Positions 14,345 through 28,898 of a DNA stretch of 64,000 nt are shown here, in pieces. Positions within the stretch are counted from its first letter, which is position 1. Each line of letters starts with the position of its first letter. Source of the DNA: Octopus vulgaris (lineage: Eukaryota); contig OX597814.1 of the NCBI GenBank assembly GCA_951406725.2, positions 42,222,001 through 42,286,000 on the forward strand, written 5' to 3'. A model generated the notes under the pieces. The model searched no databases, was not told where the DNA came from, and saw only the letters and a list, made by a program, of their open reading frames with translations. The translations under genes and the position numbers were made by a program.

Positions 14345-14472
14345 ATATAATTAATATTTAAAAAAAACATTCTCATGTGTCGATATTTGTTAATATATGT
14401 ATACCCATTTTAAGTCGAATCTATAAATGTATGTGTATGATTGTCTAATTTGAGTTTATATCTTAATTCTTA
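13376..14472. repeat. Long imperfect palindrome centred at ~13745, with TA expansion in the right arm
   Basis: 13702-13733 pairs with 13758-13789; 13540-13600 with 13865-13925; 13390-13500 with 14365-14472. Confidence 0.85.
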
Positions 14473-14478
14473 CATATG

Positions 14479-14542
<64 letters not shown>

Positions 14543-15439
14543 TGTACATACACACATACATATATAGAAATAGATTTTAGTACCTGTATAACGTAACAAA
14601 TATGTCAATTATAATATAAATTTGTTTCTGTCCCCCTAAATTCAACGAAATATGAACAACTAGCATGGCCATAATGAAAATGTCTGAAACAATAAAAGAA
14701 TAGTAGCCAAGGGGAGAAGAGAATGTATCTATTCTCTAGTGACACATATCACTGAAAATTGAAATAGGAATAAAAATACCAGTGATGGCAATAGATGAAA
14801 GGAATTTTAATTTAAATTCCTAGGATATAAACAGCATGGCATTTGTGAAAAAAAAAAGTGGTTGAGGTTCATTATGAACTAGATATTAGGTTGCAAAAAT
14901 ATAACTGTAATACAAATAAAATAAATCAACAGCAAATGTACCTTTGGTTTTATATTTCCCACTTAATGACTTTCCTAAAATTGTGTAAATTTTTCAACCT
15001 AAATTAAGTTTAAATACATGGAGTTCCTATCTAAATATTTAAATAGCATGCGCGATTACAAATAATTTTAAGCAACATTCTCCCTTTGAAATACACCCGC
15101 CTCTTAATTTCGAGACATTTAGACTAATTACTTCCACTATTGCTTAAAAAGTTACTTTAAAATATTCTAACGACACGATACACAAAATAAACTACTAGCA
15201 ATAAACAATTTAAAAAGGAATCATTGTGGCACAGTATGATAATACCTCTTTAAAGATACATGATTTAGAATATGAGAGAGTCGATAATTAAAATAGTGCT
15301 AAATAGAATGTTAAGTACAGTTTCTATTTTAAAAATACGCATAATTTAACATATTAAAATACATAAAGAGCATTTTCTAACGGTATGTTCCCTTGAAATA
15401 CATATACATATATTGTACTTTCAGCTCATGTCGCATCTA

Positions 15440-16584
15440 TGCTGGGGCACCGCCGTTTTGCTACACTGTTATTATTCAGAATTTCCTCTAATTCGTGGCA
15501 CTTTGTTAATGAGGGTGTTTGATGTCACTACCCTCATTTGCGCCTTTTGCCGTGCAGTAGGTTTATCTGGGACTCTCTACAGTAAGAGGACCAGTTTTCA
15601 TTTGAAAATACCTACATCCACATAGTGGAACTAATTTGCACATCCTCTGATAACTCACGGATGGTGACTCGACGATTTAGCCTAGTCAGTAACAGCATTC
15701 TTCGGTCACCTCGGAATCATCTAAAGCACCCGTACATTAGTGTGCTTCCTATACACTCCTCTCCATACATTTTCTGCAACTTGGCGAAGACCGCTATGCA
15801 GATATATCCGTTACAACGTCCTCTGTCATGATCCATGCGATGATCACATTCTACACCCTACATTTCAAACGCTGTTGTAAACAGCAGAAGTGAGCTGGAA
15901 CGTTAAATGTGAGCAAGCATACAAAGCGAATTTCAAGATCAATCTTTGCCAGACGACATCACTCTGCGTGCACAACTTATTGATATATATATGCTTCTCA
16001 TACCTCTCACAGATATTCCTTCCTTACATTCTTATCTCTTCCATCTATCCCTTCCCTTATCCCTGTTATACTGACAGCTCTCCTCACCCATCTCCCTCAC
16101 AGTATCGTGACCACCACCTAGCACTCCTATTTTCATTTTTTCTTTCGTTTTCTTTCTCTCTTCTTTCCTTCCCTATTCTTTTGTCTAATATCATTATTCT
16201 CCTAACATACATATGTATTCTCTTCCATCTATCTATCCAATAACCCCTACTAGTACATTCTCATAATTTCATTCACACCAGAAGACCCCTTTGGATTTAG
16301 GGAATTTATGTCTCCGTGCTATCTGCTCGTAATAACAAAATATGAACTCCTATCGGAATCTACATAACATGGAAGAGAAGCATTTCTATCCATTCTACAC
16401 AACAATTTCCTTGGAAAATTGAAGTGCAACTGAACCATGCTACATATATTTTTACTTTTAGTTTGATACTCTTGTTTCCCTTATACTTCCTACACATTTC
16501 GTTTTCCAAAATATCTCCTCATACTAAACTCAACTATTTCCCTCTAGTTAACTCTTTCATATCGTCCCTGATGAAGGATTATTC

Positions 16585-16590
<6 letters not shown>
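15440..16590 (+). mobile_element. Penelope-like element 3' relic (probable)
   Basis: Degenerate RPLCRY and C.HNLLIY (pre-GIY-YIG-like), CT-rich tract, ending in CTGATGAAGG..CCT cut by (TA)n. Confidence 0.4.
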
Positions 16591-16632
<42 letters not shown>

Positions 16633-16636
<4 letters not shown>

Positions 16637-16705
16637 TTAGAGACAAAACCACTATTTTGCAAAACAAACAAGGAAAGACTTAATCAATACATAAAATTTT
16701 AATAA
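16633..16705 (+). repeat. Dispersed repeat end, also at 22315-22390
   Basis: atattattagagacaaaaccactattttgcaaaacaaacaaggaaagacttaatcaatacataaaattttaataaa occurs twice, each right after a (TA)n tract. Confidence 0.9.
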
Positions 16706-17188
16706 AAATATATAAAATATAAAGATTTATCACAAAACCGATTTCATTGCTACAACTTACGTAATGTCCATAATTCATCAGTGTGATCCTCATAGCAAAA
16801 TATAATTATATTTTGCATCTTTTAATTTGTTTTGCTCGCTTACGTTCTGGCGTTTGGTGAATTTTCTTGAGAACAATATTTTCTTAGTGACAAGGCCATA
16901 GGCGGTCTACTTCTGGCATAATGGATATCCACTTAGTGGTCATCCCTCTTATATGCATGTAATATAATTTTTCTGAATTTTTATTAAAATTTTATATATT
17001 GATTTGAAGAGTATTCTACTTGTTTTGAGTTTCACATTTTCCATGACAGTAGATAAATTTATTATTCCACAACGTATTTGTAATGGATTCATGAAAGCAT
17101 AGCATGGGTTCGATCCTCGATTTCCGAATTTTATTTAAAACTTCAACCGCGCTTTTTACACGGTAAAACAATAATTTTTATATGAATG

Positions 17189-17573
17189 ACTAGCAGTATC
17201 GCCCGGCGTTGCTCAGGTTTGTAAGGGAAATAACTATAAAGCATTTTTAGAGAGTTACAGCCAAAAAACAGCAAAAAAAGGGAAAAAAAATATGGTAAAT
17301 TTTTTTTAGAGTTAAAAAAGGTGGAGTTGCGTCCCCTAGACGGTCTGTGGTTTGGGTTTCTGATTCTCGACCCCATGTCGAATTTATTGATTTTTTTCAG
17401 AACTGGGGGAACTTTTCAAAATTTTCGCTGCGTTAGTTTTGAATTATGACATTGGGCTATGTGTGTGTCAAGTTTCATCAGAATCGGTTGAAAGCCGTGG
17501 TCAGGGTGAGGGTACGAGAAAACAGACACACAGAAACACGCACAGACAAACTGCCGTTTATATATAGAGAGAT
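17189..17573 (+). mobile_element. Non-autonomous Helitron/Helentron-like element (Lep1/DINE-1-like layout)
   Basis: Starts ACTAGCAGTATCGCCCGGCGTTGCTCAGG; has aagtttcatcagaatcggttg and an ACAGAC microsatellite; ends tttatatatagagagat. Confidence 0.6.
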
Positions 17574-18014
17574 AGCAGTTATACATTTCCCAAATGCCTT
17601 CGCTAAGCAGAGTAATGCATTTGCTACTTGACACTTGTAACCTCTTCTAGGCCACCAGGGTCTGGATGGAGATAACAGACCTCCAACGAAATCATTTGTT
17701 CTCAAACCTACGTCTAACCTTCTGACTGGTTTTCGATAGTAATAAAAACAAGAACTTCGTAAGTTAAAGGCAGTCGCTGAGAGCGACCATCAGTGAGTAT
17801 GAACGTTATTATTGCACTTTCTCCAAAAACTTCATTCATATATTTATATACATACAATCTCTGCTTCCTCCAGCTGACAGTTTTGGGAATTTTTGTCTTG
17901 ACGGAAAATATATATTGTGTGGCAGTTATAACGAAATTACATTCTTATATCTGCGTAATAAGGCGTTTCAATAGAACATACTTACCTCCGGGAATTATCA
18001 GGTACACCAGCTAG

Positions 18015-18081
<67 letters not shown>

Positions 18082-18089
18082 TATATAGT

Positions 18090-19850
18090 TAAGACCAAAA
18101 AACGCGACAGAAACAAAACACCGAAAATTAGATGATAAAATAAGAAACGCGAAACTAGACACAGGCAATATACAAGGATCATTCGCGGCAGATTTCCTCA
18201 TCAGTCAGAGACCGGAAAGATCTAGCGGTTTTGGAGCTATTTATCCCTGAGACCAGGCGAATTTAGAAAATGCCAGAACCTGAAGCTAAAATCATTAACC
18301 TTCTGGAAAAAGCAAACGAATATATAGGAAACATACGGAAACAAGGGGAAGAAACCTAGAATACAACAGATGATCACTTTTCGGTTATAGAAGACGAAAA
18401 TAATTGTATATTTACAAATAAATAATTAACAGAAGGTGTCTTTCAACTATCAGATGCAATAAGACTAGCGCTAAAAAGAAATGAATTATACATATAGAAA
18501 TGACAAACGCTTTTTGGCTACACCAAAAAATGAAAATGTTTGTACAATAGCTAAATAAATAAATAACGGAAAGATTCTTTCCAATATCAGACGAACGTAG
18601 TAGGCTGGCGCAAATGAGAAATGGAAAAGGTTAACAGACCAAGCGGGGCTACAGAATGAAGTGACCGGTCTGGATGATGGCTGGTCGAAAAGGGACAACG
18701 ATGCCCTAGCCTTACAGCGATAACCTGGTAGGAGAGGGAAAGAACTCTAGAGGGCAGAGTGATTAAAGTATAAGAGGCGGGGAGTAAAGAGGAACAAAGA
18801 ATAAGACAAAGGGAAAATATATCAGAGGGACTAAAGAATGAGAGGGGAAAAGAGAGAGAGAAAGTGAGAAAAATGTACAAGGGAGACGATCGAAGAAAAA
18901 AAGCAGAGGGAGGAGGGAAATATAGGGACTAAGGAATAAGAGATAAGGTAAATGAAATCAGGGGACTGGGGAATGTGAGGGAGGGAAAGTGAGACACAGT
19001 AAAAGAGAAAAGGAAGGAGCAAAGGAGGAAAGCGGGGAAGGAAAGAGAAGTGAAGAATCGTTAATAATATTCAAGGAATATTCGTTCATACCAAGTAAAC
19101 AACAGGTTGTTTACTTGGTATAAACTTGGTATAAATGACGACAAAAACGCAACATACGGAAATATAGACGATAACATAACAAACGTAATAAAAAAGATAC
19201 ACTGACGATTCGTAGCAGATTTTCTCATCAGGCAGAATCCGGAAAGTCCTAGCGGTTTCGTAATTATTTATACCTGAGAATGCTCGAATTCGGCAAGTAC
19301 CAGTGCGTTAAACTAAAAGCATTAAACCTCTGGGAAAAGCAAACGAATGTATACAACAAAAGAAAATAAGAACAAGAAAGCTGGAATGAAGCGCATACAA
19401 CAAATGACTGCCTGTCGAACATACAAGACGAGAATACTTGTACATTTAAGACTAAATAAATAAAAGAAAGCGGGTTTCGACTTTTCGACTATCCAAGGGA
19501 CGTAGTATGCTGGCGCAAAGGGAAAATGACGATTGTGGCGAGTCTGGATGACGGTTGATCTAAAAACCACGACAATTCCCTGGTCGAACAGCAATCATGA
19601 GGTAGGGGAGGGAAAGGGCTGCAGAGGGATTAAAGAATACGAGGGAGAGGAAGAAAGAGGAGCAAAGAATGTGAGAGAGGATAAAGAGAGACAGGTAGAG
19701 AAAGAGAGAGAAGAAATGGCACCTTGGGTTAGTATCCCCTAGTATAGCAGTGGATCTGAAAGCTCCAAGGTGGCATTGAAGGAGTGGCGATAAAGGAGTA
19801 GCAATTCATGTAAAGAGTGGGTTGAGAATGGGGTACTGATTCATGTAAAA
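18090..19850 (-). mobile_element. Two diverged tandem units (18090-18720, 19140-19600) plus GA-rich tracts; probably Penelope-like terminal repeats
   Basis: Shared gcagattt.ctcatcag.cag...ccggaaag..ctagcggttt and cgtagta.gctggcgcaaa blocks; CTGATGAG..CGAA on the minus strand in both. Confidence 0.5.
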
Positions 19851-22273
19851 ACTACAATGTAATGGGTTCATTAGGTTAAGTATTATATGTTAAATACGTT
19901 TGTTTTCAATTTGCTTCTATGTTTGTGAGGGCAAGTTGGGATGGAGTCACTAAGAATGGTGCCTCTGTGTCAAGGAGGCAGCAGCCCTAAAACTTTTGGG
20001 AACCAGTGTAGTATAGCCTTGGGCCTACCAAAGTATTGTGAGTGGATTTCTTATAAGGAAGCAAAAAGAAACTCGTCGTATTTATGTGTGTGTGTGTCTG
20101 TGTCAGTGATTGTGTGTGTGTCTTTGTGTGCGAGTGTGTATGGGTTTGCGTGCATCTTTATTACAGCAATTGTCAGCAGAAATATTTACATTGGAGATGT
20201 GAATGTGGAATAGAATTTGAAATTACAATATACACGAATGAAACCTTTTCAGTGATACAAAATATATATGTTCGGACCAACTCGTGCTGTGTCTCTCGTA
20301 TATTGGCGTAAATTAATTAGAATATAGATAGCATATTACTGCTTTACATTTGTTTCCCAATTTTATGCACATGAATATAGTGAATAAATAAGTAATAAAA
20401 GCACAAAATAACTATAAGGCACAAATATGTATTTCATAAGAAACCGAATAACAAAACTGCAAAATAATGATAAATGTATTGGAAGATATGTTTAATATCT
20501 AATGCATATTTGTATGTGTGTGTGTGTGTATTTGCGTGCGCATGTGCATGTATGTGTGTGTGTGTTTGTATGTGCATGTGTGTATGTGTGTGAATATATA
20601 TTTGCGCTCACTTTTACTCATTTTTTTTTCATACTTCCTAATACTGTTTGCTTCATGCTGTTAAAATTTCCCTTAATTGACTGGTTGATATTATTAATAT
20701 TTGAAAAAAAAAGTCTGTATTTACATGTGTGTTGGCTTATCGCAATAAGTGTGTGTGTGAAATTTGTTGTATTACTCTAAAAGGAAAAAAAATAATGTTT
20801 TTTCAATGTATCAAGTTATGTTTAGTTCATGTTGGTGTATCCATTTCTGTTTTTTTTTTTTTTTCTTTTTCCTTTACCTGTTGAATGCCCGCCAGCTTCG
20901 CTGATGACGCAGCACGCAACGAAACAAATTTCAATATTCGACATTATCTGTCATTAAATTATAAAATATAGAAACATTATCTTTATGTTGTAAATACCGT
21001 TCACATATATCTTTATGAATTTTTCTAATCACGTTTAACGATGTTTATATTACTTTGCCGCGTAGCAACATAGAAAATTATACGAGTGTGTTCGTAGGTG
21101 TGATTTTGTGTTTGTCGATGTTATACTATTTTCATGATTTTGTGTGAATGTGTTTGTATGTGTTCCTTCGTATACGCGCGGGTGTGAAGAAAATGATAAA
21201 TTGATTTTTAAACTTCGCCTATAAAAGCCGTACCTTAATAACTTACTTAGATTAATTATTAAACATATCAACGGTTAACTTCTTTGCATTTTTTTATTCC
21301 ACTGTATCTTTATATTTTATATGAGTATGTTATATTTCTTTGTGTACATTCTTGAATGTTTGTGTTATACCATAAAATATATTCTAAGTCCCATTAAAGT
21401 CACAGTAGAACAATCACAAACAGTAATCATGTTATATCGTGTTAGTAAATCTTTTGATTTTACATGGCATAATTTCTTTCTCTTTTTTTTTTTCTGTACC
21501 ATGAGCATCTGATTCGTTCCCCAGTTCTGATCGGTATGGAGGATAAGTTATGATTCAATATAAAATGTATGTGCTTATTTGGAATTAGTTTTATGTTCAA
21601 TCAACAGGTAAAATAAATCTACCTGGTCCCTTTACTAGAGAAATATTAATATGTCATCATCAGTATGTATTTAGGAAAGATTGAATAAATATTAATAGCA
21701 GTACGTGCTATATATTTTTAATCATATTTTGCCAAGCCATTAAAACTACACTAATCATTATTCCAATAATATTTGTTGCACATTAAGACTGCCTATCATG
21801 AATCAGCGTAATCAACATGCTTGTAATGAATTCAGATATCAACATCATCTACCTCATGGTTATAAAATATACGTTCGCGATGCCCTGCATTAAAGGAGTA
21901 CAACAATAATATACACAGACATATGATGCGTAAGAAAACATATTCTCTCTCACAGTTAAACAATCATGCACGCAAGCGCGCGTGCGAGCACACACACACG
22001 CAGAATATGTGTTTTATATGAGCGTATTTCTCTGTATGCTTGTGCTTGTGTGCACGCGTGCCTGTATATATGCAAATACGCATTGATAAATGTATATGAT
22101 TATATACGTGTAAAAATATAAAAGCGTATATATCAATATATGCACATGTATGTGTTCATATACATGGACGTATATTTGTGTGGCTATGTACATATGTATA
22201 TATATAAATTGTTTTGTGTATATGCATGTATTTGTATATATATATTTACATATATATATCCAAGCTTACATAT

Positions 22274-22318
<45 letters not shown>

Positions 22319-25300
22319 TATTAGAGACAAAACCACTATTTTGCAAAACAAACAAGGAAAGACTTAATCAATACATAAAATTTTAATAAATAGTCAAAAA
22401 AACCGCCACACCTAATAAATAGTCAAAAAAACCGCGTTATATATATATATATATATATATGTATATGTGTGTGTGTATGTGTAATTCCGTATGTCTAATC
22501 ACATTTAACACATTCATGTTAACTCGAACATGGAAGAACATTTGCTGAGATAATACCCTCCTCAGGAATATCCGCCCATATGTGACAACATACGTCTTAA
22601 GTTGCATGTCTTTCTGCATTGCTGAGAGTCCTCAGGCATGGATACAGATTTTTTCCTTGGTAACCCTAAATGCAAATACAACGAAGAATATATTTGCAGA
22701 TGAGGTAAACGCTCGGTCGAGCTGGAGTACAGTTGCACTAAGTAGCGTTGAATTAAATGTACGCGTTTACTATCTTATTCAGCATGATCCTGTACACTCG
22801 GTTGTAGGATGACCTTTTACTTTCTTCATGGGCATAATACGCTGCACATTCAAAAGTGTACATCGAATGTCAAACTTATAAGCGAAATCACATATGAGCT
22901 TATGTGGTCAACCAGGAAAAGTTTGTTATTTTGGTAACTGCAATCCATGAGTGAAACTTTTGTAAATGAAAGGATTGTATGAGTTAAAACACTACCCATC
23001 TCAATAACGAGTATTGCTTGACATCTTCTCAATCTGTGTATAAATTCGTCGTATTTGATGGCTTTGATATTTTTCATTGCTCAAATTCAGTCCATTCATA
23101 CATCGCTTCGTGTTGTAAATTATTCAGTATTTCCATTTTATATTCGTTCATATGTTGAAGATTCTCTGATAAGTGGTTAACTTGCAAACTTCATTACCTT
23201 ATATCTAGTATTTGATCACTTGTCAAAAATATAACTTCACACATCACAAATATCTGCGCAAACGATAAGCCAAAAACAAAAATCATTTTCTATCTTAAAA
23301 TGAAAGGGATAGTGATATTTTTAAACTCTATTAGCCAATACTAATGAATAATTCGACTGAAAGTCATTTCAAGGAAAACATTTTCAATTCCTGATCAATA
23401 AATTATCTTTCTCTGAGTAGTTATATCATAAAATAAAAATAGGAAATATATTTAACCACCTTCTGAAACATATAGATTGATAATTTATAATATAAGTATC
23501 ATTGAAACAAAAGTCTACCTTCCCTCTAACAATGACTATGGCTATATGCTAAGGTGTTGTACAAAATCTTGCATGTTACGGTAAATTTGACAATAATCCT
23601 GTGAATCACTCAAATATGTGGACGTTGTTTATATAAGAAAATAATCCAAATGAAGCGATTAAATTCAAAATAAGCACAAAAGATATCCAGAGTTAATGAA
23701 GTACGATCGTTTCAAGCAACTCCATTTAATTGAAGAATGCAATCATTACATCAATTTAAATTCAGAGCAATCTTCAGCTGCATAAAGACGTAGAATTTGA
23801 TTAAATTAAAACAGATGGATACATTAGTATAATTTTACCTAAAATCTCCAAGAAAGTAAGGAGATAGACAAAGAACATGCTTCCTTCACTTCAGCTAATA
23901 AGGCAATCCAGGCAGGGTATCAGTAAGTTTCTCAATAGTGCAACGCAGTTTATTATTTTTGTTTTTTTGTTTTTTTTGTTTTTGTTTTTAATTTTCTATG
24001 ATCTTTAAATTTATGGTGATATCCGCATGGCAACTGATTTACACTACTGTACAGGATTTCTGTTCCTCGGCCCCTGGTGTATTCACCTTTTGTTGAGAGT
24101 TTCAGTGGAACAATCCGCTAGTATTTTTTCATAGCATGTGTAGCTATGATGCTTCTTTATATATTTGGCCTCAGGATTACCCTACGAACGGTTTTCATTA
24201 TATAGTTACAGTGCACTATATCATGTCTCATCGGTAGAAAACAACGTGATAACAATGTCGGACAACGTATATATAAAGGTATGATTTTAAATAAAATAGT
24301 ATATAGACAGAAGCTTCAAAGCTTCGAAAAACATTGCTTTTCAGGATTTTCCTGATCTTTCTGTGAAATGAATGAGAGTGTTTTGCATAATTTGGTGGTC
24401 AATAGGAAAAATGACGTTCGGTTAAAACAGACAGTTTTTGCCCTCCTTATCTTTCACACTCTCACACCCTTATAGTCCATCTTAAATAAATCGGCTGTAT
24501 TTCAACCCCATGAGCAATAGGCACCGCCGGGCTTTTAAAGTTCATAATGTTACAACACCATTACTACGATTCTATATGAATTTAAGTTTATCTGTCCTTC
24601 TCTTGCTATTAATCTAATTTCATCCTTCCTGCATATATTTAGTACAGGTATTGATCAATACTTTAACAAATTTAATAAAGAACAACAGGAAATTGACAAA
24701 TATGATAAACAATAATTGTTAAGCGAAAAGTGGTAATTTGAAATAATCCCTACCGTTAAGTCTAAATTGGTAAATCGATCCTTTTGGGTTTCTAAAGAAC
24801 TGTAATTTTCGAAATGTGGCGTGCATTCATTTTAGGAAGAAAAAGAAAATATGCATTGCTTCAGGGAATTATGCTTACAAAATAATTTCATATTTTAAAG
24901 AAGCGAATTTATGCGTAAATATGCGCATATAACACAGTAATCATCCTTTGTATTGGATATTCACAGAACTGATATTGAATCAATCTAGCAGTTTCTGTTT
25001 TCGAGTTATTTATCACTCTATAAAGTCTGAAACTCACAAAAACTTCATTCATTAATATCATATATACCAATCAATGACGAAGTAGCAAAAATATTATCAT
25101 AGGCTTAAATCTATGTTTACCTATGTGCGCGTACATGTGGTTTAAATGCTTGCAATTATGAATATATCCATGTCTACGTAAGTATGATAAAGTCTGTATA
25201 CTCATACAGATAGTTTTTCTCCCTCACACGTTTATCTGCCAATGATCGTATTTGCCTCACGTATTGATTCATATATCAAATATTAATGAATGAATTTCTT

Positions 25301-25330
25301 CTGGGTTTCGTACGCTATTAAATAAGTGAT

Positions 25331-25720
25331 AAACAAGTGCACTCACAGAGCGCAAACCTCGTCCAAGACAACACCAACGTCTACTCAACGATGAGCAAGA
25401 AATTATTTTTAAAATGAGAATATCTGAAATAAACTCGACTACTCTCACAAACGAGAATATTAAAATGAACCCGACCGCTCTCAAAAATTAAGTACAAAAA
25501 AAAACAAGGAAATAATACAGAAGCCTTCTCCGGTATAGGATTGCTCCCAAAATCTAATCAGTTCGTGCAGTCACGCGGCCAAACATCCCTGAAAGTTTCA
25601 TCCGAATCCATCTAGCGGTTCTTGAGATATCTTATCCATGGCAAACAAATAAACAAAAGAAGAAAAAAACAAAGAAACATGACTCAAACAATACCTCCGC
25701 CTAACAGCCATATAGGCGAA
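25331..25720 (+). mobile_element. Short Helentron-like/non-autonomous repeat; partial second copy at 37292-37485
   Basis: agagcgcaaacctc..aaaatgagaatatctgaaataaact.gact.ctctcacaaacga shared between copies; 3' cctccgcct..aggcg hairpin. Confidence 0.6.
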
Positions 25721-25791
25721 TATCTACCACAACCAGGGTGCTTATTTCGGTGTTATAAGCATGTATTCACTCCTAAAATCCCCAGCTACAA

Positions 25792-26983
25792 TGCAAGGGT
25801 CGGCTGAGAATTTCATACGCTGACCAATATACTCTTGTGGGACGTGACCGGATGAAGTTTCTTTTTCAACATAATAACAAATTCGGCTCACAGAGTACTT
25901 CCACCTGTTTTGCAGTGTTTGAATCCATTTGGTGAAAAGGCTTTCCTCTTGTTTGTCAAAAATCATTCAACCTCAGATATGACGTTTTCAGCACTGTAAT
26001 ATTAGTTCCATATAAGTGTGTTTTCCTGTTGGAAAACAGTTGATAGCCAGATGGGGCCAAAGCAGAAGAATAGGGAGGCTCATTACGCACAGCAGCCAAT
26101 GAAATTAAGGACTTTTGTACTAGAGTAGGGTCTTCATGAAAGTAGACACCTTTCGTTAGTTACTTGGACGTTTGTTCTTGATAGTTGCCTCAACAAATTA
26201 GCATAATACAATCCATTTATGATGTAGCCGTTTTGAGGATAATTAATAGACTGAAACTATCACCTTCCCTGGCCTGCTTTGGAGTAGGTGACCTGAGATG
26301 TTTTCACTGCATGTTTAGTCTCTATGTGTCTGGATCAGAGTGATGAACCCAACACTCAACACTGGCTGGGAAATATTCAAGGACACCTGCTGGGTCTTAT
26401 TCAGACAATGTCAGATTTTTTTCTGAAATGATCAACCTGGTGCACTTTTGAAATATGTCAGAAAACGTGGCATCCACTGTGCAAGGCACCTTCGTTACGC
26501 CGAGATCATTGTGCAAAATATCCTCCATTCACACACGGGTTAATCTAATAACTTTGGCTATCTGGTTTATAGCCAATTGTCTGTAATTTACCTCCATCTG
26601 AAAACGATCAATGTTTACGTCGGTGATGGCACATAGGTCATCTTCAACTCTCTCCCTCTCCTTTTAAACTTAGATGTCCTCTTTTGAACTTTTTCTCAAG
26701 CAGGAGTCTCATCCACTTATGTAGCAACCATGTCAGCAAGAATATCTTTGGGGGCTAAACCCTTTTGCTTCAGGTACGTGATAACAACTGGGTGCCAAAT
26801 TTTGTCCATTTTCAAGAGGAGTCGTTAGAGAAGTCTCTACCAGTTACTTCAGAAATTTTCTTTGAACAGTGAGATGTCAGTTTACCTTAACAAAATAATA
26901 GTTGTTAGTAATACGAATTGTTGAAATTAATGCATGCCAGATTTCACAGCTCTAGCATACGAACTTTTCAGCCGACTCTGCTA
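25792..26983 (-). mobile_element. Degraded mariner transposon with TIRs
   Basis: TIR gtcggctgagaatttcatacgct pairs with agcatacgaacttttcagccgac; minus-strand PPYSSALAPSGYQLF and QTLQNRWK. Confidence 0.85.
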
Positions 26984-28688
26984 TGTGATACTTTGAATGG
27001 TGTAATGTGAAGCAATATCTACGTGCTTGACTTCTTGAATGTTTTGCATATGCTTGCTGTTCATTTGATGGGTTTTAACTATTGTATTCTGTACAAGATT
27101 GTTCATTATGATATTGTGAAGTCAAGTTTTACAAGAGTACTACTGAGGCTTTTAATCACGTATCAAATTCCTTCGATAATTAGAGCGGGGGAATGTAAAG
27201 CAGATACAGAATACTAATTGCAAATGTTTTTCTGTTTTCATTAATCTTTAAAATTATATTTACACCTGCTTGAGAATTGGCTTCAGCTTTTGTACACAAT
27301 ATCTTCTCTTAGCCCAAGGCCATTATCCTGGAATGTTTTCAGAAACATCCTATCAGATATTTTTTATCTCATATTATACTATCCATCAGTATAACATTTT
27401 GTATTTTTATATTCACAATTACTTTTTCTTAGAGATTTAATATAAAAGTTTCTAGTCTCGACATCATTTTTCGGTCGTGAAATACCTTCTGAGAACCTCT
27501 TCTAAAGTTCATGCTCCTCTCAGCCTTATCTATGCTTCATCGACTCGTGGTCTTCGCCATCAAACTTGGGATGCGTGTCTTTAAATGTATATGATCCAAC
27601 ATTCAAATATTGTGATGATTGTTGACAAGGAATCATTCTACATCTTTGCTCTTGTGGAAATATTCGGTTCTTGTTGACAGTTTTCAAGATTCAACATCAA
27701 GCGCTCAGATTTCATCTCACTTCCGACTGTGTTGCCTAAATATAGGTATAAAAGATGATAGTGAATGCTCATTCTGGATTATTCGATTAGTGCATGCAGA
27801 AAGTTCTGACTCATATTTCCATTATTCTGGTCATATATTCACTTGATACTTACAAAATCCATTAATGAAAATATTTTCATATATCCCTAATCACATGTAA
27901 CTTCCCTAATACCAAATCCAAGAAATAGTTACGTCATTGCCGGAAATGTTGCAGGCTCCCTTGATTTACAGCCGTGTTCGAACATCTAAGTCGGCCATCT
28001 TGCGTCATCATATCCTTAGAAAATGTCGTGCCTCGGTCAAATTATTCATACATACCATTCATGTACTTGACATAATTTCATCATCCAGAATATGCTAGTT
28101 TGTAAACGCTTTCTTCTGATAAAGCAATATTTTATCTTCCAGGTTTCTATCATAAACCAGAGGCATTTATAGAATTCACGTTTTCATTTGGAATTGGTTA
28201 TCGTTTTATTTTTAATTTTCAGCATTCAAACAGGTCAATATCGAAATGATTGGTCTTTTATGTGTGCATTTCAGGATACTTTATGTGTGCAAATAACTGT
28301 GACCATAAACGTGTGTGTTTAAGTGCGGGTGTGCACACGTTGGTGTGTGGATTGAAGTCCGATAAATTAGTCAGTGTACATATCAATTTAGTACATATGT
28401 GCTGTTGGTGCCTGACTATGTATATATTTCATATGTCCATTTGAGTGTGTTTATGTGGTCAACCAATATCTCTGAAACGCCTGAATTGATATACAAATAC
28501 TCATTGTACTACTAATCATAAATACAAACCACTGCCTAGATATTTTCGTACGGTAAAGTGATTGAATTAGGGTAGAGAGAGCTCCTGATTACTTTATAAT
28601 AGTCTACGTATTCGTGGAAATTACAATAGATAAAACTAATGCTACATAACTTTAATACAGAAAGTATTGGAATCTCTGTACATAAAAT

Positions 28689-28898
28689 GGCGGTGAGATG
28701 GCATAATCGTTAGCACTCAGGGCGAAATACTTAGCAGCATTTCGTCAATCTTTAGGTTCTGAGTTCAAATTTTGCCGAGGTCGACATGGCTTTTCAACCT
28801 TTCGGGATCGATTAAATAAGGGTCAATTGAGGACTGGGTTTATCTAATCAACATACCCCTTCCATCGAAACTGCTGACCTTATGCCACAATTTGAAAG
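28689..28898 (+). mobile_element. SINE family A with tRNA-like head
   Basis: ggcggtgagatggcataatcgttagc (A-box-like), gagttcaaatt (B-box-like), ccgaggtcgac core. Confidence 0.8.

Larger units (their letters stand above)
22530..28060 (-). pseudogene. Distal TSP1-like pseudo-exons
   Basis: GCKSREPAT (~27975), WKYESELSACT (~27820), PQEQRCRMIPC (27657-27625), EWTE..QIRR (~23095), TECTGSC*IR**TRT (22802-22758), MPEDSQQCRKTC (22639-22604). Confidence 0.55.
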
